A stretch of 63,732 nt of DNA, the filler included, from Octopus bimaculoides (Eukaryota): NCBI RefSeq assembly GCF_001194135.2. It is 8 parts of 5 records of this genome, joined end to end, with 100 filler letters (N's around TTAATTAATTAA, not from the genome) between each part and the next. Parts side by side here need not be neighbours in the genome. Positions count along the whole stretch, not along the records: positions 41,286 to 56,138 come from NC_068981.1; positions 56,239 to 57,589 come from NW_026306088.1; positions 57,690 to 60,381 come from NC_068981.1; positions 60,482 to 61,718 come from NW_026425840.1; positions 61,819 to 63,732 come from NC_068983.1; 3 more parts are not named here. The stretch is one strand, 5' to 3'. The notes under the pieces are model-generated. The model did not search any database. It was given only the letters and a program-made list of their open reading frames with translations, and was not told the origin of the DNA. A program made the position numbers and the translations under genes. Below, in pieces: positions 52,088-63,732 of the stretch (its first letter is position 1; each line of letters begins with the position of its first letter).

Positions 52088-52334
52088 TATATATTAGAAA
52101 AAATAATAAGGTACTCAGATATCTGGATGGTTGTATATTTGCAGATTTTTATTAATATGTCACATGTTTTAAAAATTATCGCTTGCATCTATTCTTGTAG
52201 ATTCTCCAGATTCGGAGAATCTACAAGAATAGATGCAAGCGCTAATTTATAAAAACATGTTACATATTAATAAAAATCTGTAAATGTACAACCATCCAGA
52301 TATCTGAGTACCTTATTATTTTTTCTAATATATA
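52088..52334. mobile_element. 247-bp foldback (about 120-bp arms, 6-nt loop)
   Basis: Left arm 52088-52207 and right arm 52214-52334 are reverse complements with about 6 differences; loop AGATTC; TA-rich flanks. Confidence 0.85.
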
Positions 52335-53985
52335 ATTCCTGTACATCACCTTCAAGCCTTCTAATATATATTATATGTATATACTTATATATAAATGGAC
52401 ATTTTGTAAGTATATATATGTGTGTGTATGTGTATGTGTGAGTGTGTATATATATATATATAAATACACTCTCTCTCACACACACACACACGAGCATAAA
52501 TACACTCTCGCACATGTTGTGTACGTAGATATTTGTACAATCGCAGTCAGAAGCATCACATCGCTGGTGGTCCAATGGTGGTCTTTTAGCTTTTGCAAAT
52601 GCGTCTTTCTTTTTCTCTTTTCAGTTCTATTTTCTTTTTATTTCTTTCAGAATTTGTGACAGCTAACCGTGCTTACTGAAGCGTGCGACACAACGACATC
52701 ATGCCTTCTTTAACCTTCGTCGTTTGGTTGCTAAAAGAAATAAAAGACTAAAACAGCAACAACAACCACAAGAATAGACCAAACTGTGAAAAAAAAAAAA
52801 ATCCTCCATCTATACAAATAAATAAATACAAATAAATAAATATAATAAATAAGAAAGAGCCCCAACGTCCCCTTCTCTAAACAAAAAAATACTAACAACA
52901 CCACCAAACTATAGTAAATGTACGTATATCTAAACGTTTCACGCAGCCGCATTGTAATCGGGGCCACCGCGTTTCGTTTATTCATTTAATTATAATTTCT
53001 ATAAAACAAGTCATCAATCACAAAATGTACAAATAGGGTTTTAAAGGGCTCTAGCCAGCTGGTAGAGTCAGGACTAAGGGTGAACGTCTTTCAGCCTTTC
53101 TGTCTTTCTGTCGTTCGTTTCTTCGTTCTTTTTTTTTCTGTCTTCTTCGTTTCCTTCCTCGAGGTTTTTCTTCTCCTCCTCCACATCCTCATTCTTTTCT
53201 TTCTTTTTCTCCGCCCTTCCTGCTGCTCTTTCATATTCATCCTCCTCTACTTCCTCTTCCTTCCCCTCTTTATCTTCTTTTACTTCTTAACTTCTTATTC
53301 CTCCTCATTTTTCTTTTCTTTGTCATTTCTCTTTCTTTTGTGTGTATTTATTTCTTTTCGTGTTTCAAAAGTGAGTGACTTTGAAAACGAAAAACAAAAA
53401 AGACAAAAAAAGAAAGAAAAAAAAAAGAATCGCGATGTGGGTATTTACAAATTCGACAGAATAAGTATGTTTCACTGGTATATTCAATACCCTTTATCTC
53501 TTACAAGTCCTCTATCAAATATGATATAAAGGCAGATATACAACAAAATTAAGTTAACAATTGACGTTGTTTGGTTTGTCCGCAAAGCGTTGGTGATATG
53601 TGGCGAGCTAACTGGTTAATTAGCAGGGCAAGAAAGCTTAGCATCGGCTAAATGATGGATTACTTTCTTCTATGATTAAAATTGATGGAAACAAACAAAA
53701 CAAAAACAATAACACCATAATCACCACCGTCGGAACCTGATTGTATTCCTCTTCTCTCCACCACCACCACCACCACTATCTGTACCAACTCCGACATTAC
53801 CACTACCATCACCATGAGCACTACCACTCCCACCNNNNNNNNNNNNNNNNNNNNTTACGACGACCGTCACCATTAACCGAAATACCACCATCACCACTAC
53901 CTTTACTAGCAATACAAACACCACCACAACCATAACCACTACCACCGCCGCCGCCACCACCACCACCAACAACAACAACAACAGC

Positions 53986-54022
<37 letters not shown>

Positions 54023-54229
54023 GCAACAACAACACCATCATCATAATCATCATCACCACCAACACCATCAACAGCAACAACTGTGATGGAAAAGCATTTA
54101 TTCAGTCGCTCGATGTGCTAGAAATATCTGCCAAATCTCTCTTAAATCATACTTTACTGTGTGCACAAAAATAAAAACATATATATATACAAGATGTTCG
54201 AGCTAAATTTGACGAATGTTTGTGTCTCA

Positions 54230-54490
54230 TTTTTCCAGGAACAGCTTGATATATTGGTAAATAGTCAACGGCGTTGGAAAGCATAAAGCCATCTGAATAT
54301 TGTGAAAGAGTTACTTTTGTCGTGATGATTCGCGATTGGTTTCAAAATGCCGACATCATGACTGCTATGAGCACTGTAAATGCTGTGAGACGTAACATGA
54401 ACATCATGAAAACCAAGTTCACCACAACTGTGACGTTCCTTGGGTGTGTCTCCGGTAAAGGTGACGTCATGTTGTCTCATTTCTTAGGCT
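54230..54490 (+). mobile_element. maT/DD37D-type transposase fragment, second subfamily
   Basis: MKTKFTTTVTFLGCVSGKGDVMLSHF corresponds to the KTKxPxxVMVFGxVSSxGDVMPP motif also seen at 2200-2260. Confidence 0.6.
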
Positions 54491-54739
54491 CAATTCAGCC
54501 ACCTATGAAAAGCTGCTGGAGACGGCGATCAATCCGCAGAAAGAGAGAGTTGCTGCCATCATTTTGAGATTGGATGCACTCATATTTTATTTATGCCAAG
54601 TGTACAGCTGAAAGAGACCTTCAAAGTAAGTCTACAGGAGATTTTCTTGTATTTATGTGTTTGAAGGAAATAGTTATCGACTAAACTATGGAAGATCGTA
54701 CCTACACGTGTTTAGTTTAGGGAAAATAGCGATGCAACG

Positions 54740-55445
54740 CATATAACTTTAGGGTAGCGTTTTCTTTTGCGAGGTTAGCGTCGAACTAATCTTATCTTTG
54801 AAACCACTGGCGGTCAGGACCCTGTTTTAGTGCGGAGTCGCGATGTAGAATATCTCCTAATTTGATGATAGCTCGGAAATTCTTCAGCTAACCTTCCTTA
54901 ATTACGTTTCCGAAAAGTATGGCTAGATGGCATGAAGTTATGTTAATAGTTATCAAACTCTCATTAGGTTTCCGAAAAAAATTATGAGTATTAGTGTCTA
55001 GGTTAAATGTAAAATCCAGGAAATCAGTCATTTTCAAATTGGGTTTTATTGCAAATTTCAGCCCATGGGAATTAATGTCGATCGAAAGTGTGACTGAAAT
55101 ACCGTCTGTATAGTGCCAAAGCATCGTCCCTATACAGTTGAAAGCTAAATGAGTGGAAATTCTCAGTAAGTGCTCAATTGAACAAATCTCTCGATGTAGG
55201 TGAATAAAAATCCGCTATATCGAATTGGGTGAACGTTACTTTGCCTCCGTTGTTGCTGGTTTTAAACCTTATTGGTGTTGCACCAGCGGGAGAAGCCAAA
55301 TGCTCTCCTAATGTCGTTGTTAGCCTTCCTGAGAAGGTATTTGCTTCACCAACGCAATCTCTGACTTCACAGGTTTGATCAGTTGACATTTGGGCCTGGA
55401 GACAAAATTAGATTTGTGGTCTTCAACTGTTATAAAAGCACCTCT
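54740..55445 (-). mobile_element. Penelope-like element RT remnants, internally deleted
   Basis: AFITVEDHKSNFVSRPKCQLIKPVKSEI; FTQFDIADFYSP; DFLDFTFNLDT..FRKPNES..IN..SCH; interrupted by a (GA)n tract from 55445. Confidence 0.78.
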
Positions 55446-55559
55446 CTCCCTTTTTCTTTCTTTCTCTCTCTCCTTCTCTCTCTCTCCCTTTTTCTTTGTT
55501 TCTTTCTCTCTTTCTCTCTCTCCCTTTTTCTTTCTTTCTCTCTCTCCTTCTCTCTCTCT

Positions 55560-55596
<37 letters not shown>

Positions 55597-56238
55597 TCTC
55601 TCTCTCAACAACCTTACGGCAACAATTAGTATACACTTCAAGTATTCTGATCTGTACTATTTCTCCAATCAAGTGAAACAGAATTTTTTATTAACTGAAA
55701 TGTCCACTTCCTCCTCCTACTCCCCCTCATCATCTCTATTACTGTCACCATCACCACTTCAATCAGCTCCCCTACCACTATTACCCCACCAAAGACCACC
55801 AGCACCCCAACAACAAGGGTAACGCCAAACACAAGTACAATACCACAATATCACTTCTTTTTTCTTTTCCTCTCCTCCTCATCCCCTCCCACCTTCTTCA
55901 CTCCTCTTTTGCTTATTCTTCCTTTTCCGTCCCCCTCCCCTCTTCCTACCGTTACTACCATCTTTATTATTAATATTCTACTCTTCGTCTTCGTACTTCA
56001 TTATTATTATTATTATTTTTCAGTAGCTTTATTTTTATAACGTGCTTTCACTTCACTACCGAGCGCAGCTCTTTGCGCCTTGGGTATGTGCTGTGGTTTG
56101 CTGTGGTGCTCTTATGTTTACTGTATTGAAAGTGTTTTNNNNNNNNNNNNNNNNNNNNNNNNNNNNNNNNNNNNNNNNNNNNTTAATTAATTAANNNNNN
56201 NNNNNNNNNNNNNNNNNNNNNNNNNNNNNNNNNNNNNN

Positions 56239-56270
<32 letters not shown>

Positions 56271-56279
56271 TGTCTGTCT

Positions 56280-56475
56280 GTCTGTTTTGTTCTCTCACCA
56301 CCATTTTCTAACCAGTGCTGGTGAGTTTACGTATCTGTAATGTAGCGGTTCAGCAAAAGACACCCATATATTAAAAATATAAGTACTTGGGTCGATACAT
56401 TCGACTAAAAATTCTTAAAGGCGGTGCTCCAACGTGGCCGCAGTCAAATAACTGAAAGCTGTGAAAATAAAAAAG
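56280..56475 (+). mobile_element. SINE family B, 3' part
   Basis: gtagcggttcagcaaaaga...gggtcgatacattcgactaaaaattcttaaaggcggtgctccaacgtggccgcagtcaaataactgaaa. Confidence 0.8.
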
Positions 56476-57451
56476 AAAAATGAAAAAGAATTACTTTATC
56501 AAATATTGTCCATTAGGTGGTTTGGGATCATGCTAGAAATAGCAGCCATGTGCCCTGAAATTTGTATTTTTCTCAAAGAAAAGTGAAGAACTTTTTTCAA
56601 AAGCATCTGTTAAAGAATTGTTCCACTGCTGGTTTCACTCCATGCCAGAAATAACATCGATTTCTCCTCAAATGTGCGTTGTTTACATAGAATATCAAAG
56701 CACACTTGAGACAGTCCAGTAGTTGGCCTCGCATCTTGCTAGATATAACAGTCAAGTGTCTTCAAATATGTGATGCGTTTCATAAAAAAAAGAAGGGCAC
56801 TTAAAATTATACACTTCCTCAATGCTTCCCCCGTTTATATTACCGCATCACTTCACGTTTGCACCTCCCCCTCCTTCTTTCTTTATCTCTACTTTGCTTT
56901 CTTTCTTACTCTCCTTCTCTCATTATGTTTCTCCTCTATCTCTTCCCACTCTGTACCCTTTTCTCTCCCCGCCTCTCTCTCTCCGACTATGCTACCTCAT
57001 TATATATTACAATCTTACTCCATCTCTTTTACTTTCTCTCGTACTACATATTCTCCTACTCCTTCTTCCCTCTCAGTCAGCATTTCTCATTCTCCTTCTT
57101 TCTCTGTTTCTCTCTCTCTCTCTGTCTCTTTTCCTCTCTCTGACTCTATCCACCTCTCTCTGACTCTATCCACCTCTCTGTCTCTCTCTGTCACTGTCTG
57201 TCTGACGGCGGTTGCGTTACTAAACTGTGATAAAAACAACATTATATATGAATATTTGATATTTGCCAATTGAGGCTATTGTTAAATGATGTACATGACG
57301 ATAGATGCAGATGAAAATGAGGATTTTAATTAAAATGCCAAAATAACAGGAAAAAAGACAAAAATATATGAATTACATGGAAATATTATTTTATATGTTC
57401 TCTCACTTATAAGAAAAGCGATCTCTCATAAGGGTAATAAAGCGTGGATAT

Positions 57452-57555
57452 GCGCAGGCTTGGCCGTGTGCTAAGAAGCCTGCTTCTACTGCAGCTTCCA
57501 GCCGACCAAAAGCCTTGCGAGTTTATCTGATAGACGGAAACTGAAATAAGCTCAG

Positions 57556-57556
<1 letters not shown>
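57452..57556 (+). mobile_element. SINE family B, deleted head fragment
   Basis: gcgcaggcttggccgtgtgctaagaagcctgctt...gccgaccaaaagccttgcgag..gatagacggaaactgaaa. Confidence 0.65.
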
Positions 57557-57589
<33 letters not shown>

Positions 57590-60287
57590 NNNNNNNNNNN
57601 NNNNNNNNNNNNNNNNNNNNNNNNNNNNNNNNNTTAATTAATTAANNNNNNNNNNNNNNNNNNNNNNNNNNNNNNNNNNNNNNNNNNNNATTCAATTCAT
57701 CACTGCAACTGTAAAAATCTGTAAAACTTTCCAGAAGTTTATCATTTAAATATATATATGAGCATGTCTAGATATGGAACTATATGCGTGAGAATACATA
57801 CATAAAACATACAAAGCTGCACGTACATGCATACATACATACATGCATACATACATACATACATACACACATACGTACGTATGTACAAAGAAAAATACCC
57901 CTGCTATTGATGTTGAAATTCCAGTGAAGGAGCCTTGGATCTAGGTTAGAAACCGGTTCTTTATTAGCGAGGAATCTTGAAATAAACTGAATAATGGCAT
58001 GCACACATACATACAAGCATACATACATGCATATACATGAGTATGTGATCCTGTATTTACATAAAAATGGAATTCTGAGTTCAGAAACTTATATCCTCTT
58101 CCGATTGTTATCCATCCTTCACCACTGTTAATGATTAAGAAATAAATTTTAAAAAAAAACAATTCAATAAAAACCTTATCGTCTTCTAATCCAGATAGCG
58201 TATAAACACTTGAGGTGCTTCTTCTCCTTTCTTGTAACACGTAAGTTAAAATCTAATTCGATAGATTCCCTTTTAACGCTATGTATCCACGGTACCCTCC
58301 AGACTTGCACAAACAATATCAATTTCTCCTGGGACATCTTTAGTAAATTTGCAATGAATATGACACCCAATGACATAAGGTTTCTTTACAGATGATCTAT
58401 TTACCATAGGGCAATTCCTAAGGTGTGCTACGTTTGAGTCATGTTTTGTACATATTGAATCTCATATTATGAGAACGAAGCGATTATAGAATCCCATTAT
58501 AGACGTAAGGGTGTCCATTTTCCAAGGAGTTACAATATCTTGTGATTATACCAGATGTCATAATTATCAAGAGGTCTGTGTAATATTTATTTTGTTTCTG
58601 TTTGTTTGGTATTTTTTTTAATTTTTTTTTTGCTTTGGGTCTCTTTCTGTTTTTTGCTTTTTGCATTGAAGATGATTCTCCTTTGTCACTGCGGTGTAGG
58701 TTAGAGCTTGCAATGTCAGAGAAGTTATCTCTGTTGCGAAGATAAACATGACCATTCCACTTTCAGGAAATTGTCAATGGCATGTATCATATTTCAGAAT
58801 TATGCGCGTGTGCGTGTTTGTGTATGTGCTGTGCGTGTGTGTGTGTGTGTGTGAATGTGTTTTTGTATGAGTGAAGGTAGAGAGGGACAATGAGGAAGTG
58901 TGTAGATGTGTGAGTGTGTGTGTGTGTGTGTGTGCGCGCGTATGTGTGTGTGTGTGTGTGGAGGCGTAGATATGTATATGTAATTAAGTAATTAATTTCT
59001 TAATCGTCTGTGATTGGGTTCAGTTCACCTTGGTTAGGTGTCTCCTGCCATGACCTACGATCGACAGATGCTTTATGATTGAGTTTTTAATACAGAGACT
59101 ACGGGGAAACTTAGTTTCTATCTAACACAAGTATATACACATACTCACATATGTATACATGCATATTTACATACATATATGCATTCAAAGCGTCGAGTGT
59201 TAAAACACTTGAAATTCATAAACAGGCGAGACCACTCACCCCAATCTCATTCAGGATCGATGGACATCGAGAGACATCAGTGTTTCGCTATTTTTTGTGG
59301 CTTCAACATCACGTACCCGAACCGAATTGGAGGTGAACTGAATTTCCTCATCAAGCGTCCAATCAAGCAGTCCAAATGTTGGTATGAGTAGTGGGACTGC
59401 AATCACATTGTGGACTACTGTTTTATTGAATGCAGAGAGTTCTGAGGTTCAAATTTTCTTTATACGGCTGTAATATTCTTTAGTGACACGTGTTTTGTTA
59501 CAGGTACCATTGTTACAGGTGCCATTTTGTTACTGGTGCATTGTTACAAGTACCATATGTATGCATGTATGTATGTATGTATGTATGTATGTATGCATGT
59601 ATGTATGTATGTATGTATGTATGCATGTATGTATGCATGTATGTATGCATGTATGTATGTGTGTATGTGTGTGTGTATGTATGTATAAGGGTGTATGAAA
59701 ACAACGAAAGAACGTAGTCTTCGACGCATTCATTTGGAGTTGCAAGTATTTAATAAGAGGTTGACTCAACACCACATTACTCAGAGTTTCGCGAGCGCAG
59801 AACATTTCAACGTCATGAGGGGTACGCTGTCAGTGTAGAAAAAAATTTTAAAGAAATTATTTTAACATGGCTTCTGTGTGAGAGTTTTTAAGTGTGTATT
59901 GGTCATTTCAGATCATATGTAGTTCATAAGTATACATGATCCAAGCCAGTGAAACTTGGTTCATCTAGGCAACATATCTAATAACTGAGAGCACAAACTA
60001 CTTCGACGGAGATTTAGTTCCATGTGTTGAGTTATGTATAAATTAAACAAATATCTTAATTCTACCAAATAATTGAAATATGGAACATTACATACGATTT
60101 ACGTTAAGAAACATCTAAATGTTTCAGTGGTAATTTACTTTGTCAGCTGCTGTTGAACAACAGACAGTAGCTCTCTCAGCCACCCAATACATAACAGTCC
60201 TTCATATAACGAGATAAGATATTGTTTGACCATTGACTGAACACTATTCAATTTTTTTTCTCCGTGTTTTTCTCCTTGTCTCCGTAT

Positions 60288-60324
60288 TCTTTCTGTTGAA
60301 GAGCGTAGCTCGAAACGTCAAAGA
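60288..60324 (+). ncRNA. Minimal hammerhead ribozyme motif, core variant CUGUUGA
   Basis: TCTTT-CTGTTGA-A-GAGC(GTA)GCTC-GAAAC-GTC-AAAGA; 5-bp helix I, 4-bp stem II, GUC triplet, ACGT palindrome. Confidence 0.68.
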
Positions 60325-60481
60325 CTTTCCGTATTCCCGAGCGTCATACTAATATATACTTTTGTTATTTACACCACCTGTNNNNNNNNNNNNNNNNNNN
60401 NNNNNNNNNNNNNNNNNNNNNNNNNTTAATTAATTAANNNNNNNNNNNNNNNNNNNNNNNNNNNNNNNNNNNNNNNNNNNN

Positions 60482-60640
60482 ATAGTAAATGAGTATATAT
60501 ATATATATATACATATATATATGTATATGTAAATGTATATGTATGTATATGTATATGTATATATATGTGTATATATATGTATGCTTACGTATATATATGT
60601 ATATATACATAGATATACATACATATATATACATACACAC

Positions 60641-60732
<92 letters not shown>

Positions 60733-60934
60733 ATATATATATGTATACATACACCTATATCTATATATATGTATATATTTTTCTATGAGTGTCTGTGTGG
60801 GAACACGTATACACACATACACATATATATGCATATACATACATATATGTGTGTATGTGTGTGTGTATGTGTGTGTGTATGTGTGTGTATGTGTGTGTGT
60901 ACATACATACATGCACGCACATATNNNNNNNNNN

Positions 60935-60989
<55 letters not shown>

Positions 60990-61060
60990 TTGTATACGCA
61001 TAAATGAATACGTATATAGTACATATACCTGCACATGCGTATATATTTCTGATCTATCTA
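60482..61060. repeat. Compound (TA)n/(TG)n microsatellite field
   Basis: Directly visible; representative of many similar tracts in the window. Confidence 0.95.
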
Positions 61061-61818
61061 TCTGTCGGTCTGTCTATGTATTTCTTATGCACACACACAC
61101 ACACATAGATAGACACATTTATACACATGCGGGCGCACACAGACAGTCACACAGACACACAGATGCACACACTCATCCACTCACAGAGACACACACGCAC
61201 ACATTTGTTATACCTGAGTAGATGCAGAAAATGGTGAGAAAATTTTACAATCTTCAGGCTTGTCCAAATATGTCTCATAGGTAGTTGCACCAGTAAGGGT
61301 CTGACACTGCAGTTTATCAAATATATGTCTGAAGGCAAAAGAGTGTTAAAACGACATAACCAGCTCAGGGCATTTTGTATTGCACCAATGGGTGCATTTC
61401 GAAATTGTTTTTGCTCCTCAGTACCAGATACGAAGAGAGACAACTCTGGGATCATTAGGAAACACAGCTTCCTTTACCGCAAATCAGTAAATATTATTTT
61501 CTTACCCTGATATTTATTAACATATATATATATATATATATATGTAGTTTGTGCTTAGTCATTTCACAGTATGGAGCCGTGGATTCTGTGTTGCTCATTC
61601 GAAAGACCCTTCCGAATGAACAGCACAGAATATATATATATACACGTATATATATATGTATATACATGTATATAAAAGTATATATATGCATATATATATA
61701 CTTATATATATATATATANNNNNNNNNNNNNNNNNNNNNNNNNNNNNNNNNNNNNNNNNNNNTTAATTAATTAANNNNNNNNNNNNNNNNNNNNNNNNNN
61801 NNNNNNNNNNNNNNNNNN

Positions 61819-61895
<77 letters not shown>

Positions 61896-62924
61896 ATGTA
61901 TACATATATATATATTCATATACATGTGTGTATGTATGTATATTCTACATATATGTATGTTATATCACTCTTGTGCTACTGTTAATACATAACCCACTAT
62001 AACTTGTCGTGTGGTCAAGCCGTCGGTGACTAAACTGGTCATTAAGCCGGTCACCCTACCAAGCTTGCTTGGTAAGGAGGATGGTTTTCGCTGGACGCGA
62101 TGCAGGAATAAAATTAAAACCTTTCAAAGTGCAAACGAATTGAGTGGAGACAACGGCCGCCCAACAGATGGAACTGAAAGACCCCCAGTCTTTATTTAGT
62201 CATCACTCTATGAGATGGAATACTCTGGCACTTCATGTGCAATTTCGTTTTTGTTTGCAATCAATGATGCAAATTAGTTCTTCTTTTTCAGCAAATGCAT
62301 ACGCTGTTTATAGTGTGGGATTGGTCCGTTAGGGATTGAGATTAACCTGTGCAAGGCCTTTCCTCTCTTTAAAAGATTTCAAGCATAGGCATCGCTTAAT
62401 TATTAACATCTCCATTTTGTGTTGCATATTATGACTGCTCGTAACCATAATGGAATGAAGGCATGCGTCAGCGTAGTTGGTAAGCTCTCCGAACACCTGT
62501 TTCAAGAGGCTCCCATCATTGCCACATCTGTGCAAAAGAATGTAGGTCCTTAACAGGACTAAAAAGCCACTTCCATGCTGCTCATGCTAACAGGAAGAAT
62601 AAAGCGATGGAATTGTTTGAAACTGAATTGCAGCCATCATGCTCTCTCTCTCTCTCACACTCTCTCTCCACACTCACTCGCACGCACGCACACACACATA
62701 CACACACATATATATATATAATATACATATATACACACGCGTACATATATATATGTAAATATATTTATAAATGTATATGCATAGAGAGAGAAAGAGAGAG
62801 AGAGAGGGAGAATACATATATATGAATATATATAGATATAATATTTGCACGCACACACATACATATATTTATATATACACATACACATATATATATATTT
62901 ATACATATATACATATAGATATTA

Positions 62925-62977
<53 letters not shown>

Positions 62978-63429
62978 CATGTGATAATTTGTCCATCAAA
63001 TTTGACATGGGTCTAGGACCTGCGAAAATATATGAATAAGTACAAAACAGAATGAAAAAGACATAGCCAAAGAAAGAAAACACGAAAATAATGAAGCTAT
63101 TTCGGTTATTGATGATCAATAAACAGAATGACAACAAACCTTAACATATAGAGACCAGAGAATCATAACTGCTCTTCCCTGCATTAAGCCATTACAGTAT
63201 TGCGTCTTAACTGCAGATGTAGTGGCTGGGATCTTTGATATAATGCAATGGCGTCCATTTAGGGAGCAGCTATAACTTTGAAGCCCAAATACAAGTGCTA
63301 AAGATTCCACGATCCTCTCTCTCTCTCTCTCTCTCCCTCTCTCCTTGTTTCTCTGTATACATGCACACATACACACACACACGCATATATATATATGTAT
63401 ATATATATATATATGTGTGTGTGTGTATC

Positions 63430-63732
63430 TTTTTACTCTTTTACTTGTTTCAGTCATTTGACTGCGGCCATGCTGGAGCACCGCCTTTAGTCGAGCAAAT
63501 CGACCCCGGGACTTATTCTTTGTTTGTAAGCCTAGTACTTATTCTATCGGTCTCTTTTTGCCGAACCGCTAAGTTACGGGGACGTAAACACACCAGCATC
63601 GGTTGTCAAGCAATGCTAGGAGGACAAACACAGACACACAAACACACACACAAATATATATATATATACATATATACGACGGGCTTCTTTCAGTTTCCGT
63701 CTACCAAATCCACTCACAAGGCTTTGGTCGGC
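63430..63732 (-). mobile_element. SINE family B, well preserved, cut by the window end
   Basis: ttttactcttttacttgtttcagtcatttgactgcggccatgctggagcaccgcc...gacgggcttctttcagtttccgtctaccaaatccactcacaaggctttggtcggc. Confidence 0.92.

Noticed and set aside
57921-57962. Hammerhead-like GAAACCGGTTC motif; similar weak hits near 44397-44440 and 51043-51075
   Set aside because: The core or a flush stem II or helix I is missing; too degenerate to call.

Overview
Eukaryotic, AT-rich, repeat-dense draft scaffold with many N gaps; no prokaryotic features, CRISPR arrays or rRNA/tRNA genes were found. The repeat families and microsatellite load resemble an octopus genome (inference from recognition, not searched). 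Main result: six short coding exons on the minus strand (18538 down to 948), invisible to the ORF track, splice through canonical GT-AG, all phase-1 introns into one open frame: MKTSALLVAFVFFISVRSGSA-QYESNEEMPEAELMRDMKQEME-ETDESIIPETMTLETESIRDTGMEMS-EFEENMISDEFETEGEETENLKLETP-EFEEDTIPDELEPEAEETENSELETL-. This is a signal peptide followed by a very acidic region (40 D/E in 100 residues) built from duplicated 66-78 bp exons; the gene runs off the left edge. The rest is decayed mobile DNA: mariner (DD34D) and maT (DD37D) transposons, Penelope-like elements with minimal hammerhead ribozyme motifs, L1/Tx1 LINE pieces, R4/Dong-like elements in (AAT)n tracts with a non-coding partner element, three tRNA-derived SINE families, a Merlin-like MITE carrying TTAGGG repeats, a hAT MITE and a 247-bp foldback. 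TTAATTAATTAA inside N gaps is an assembly linker.
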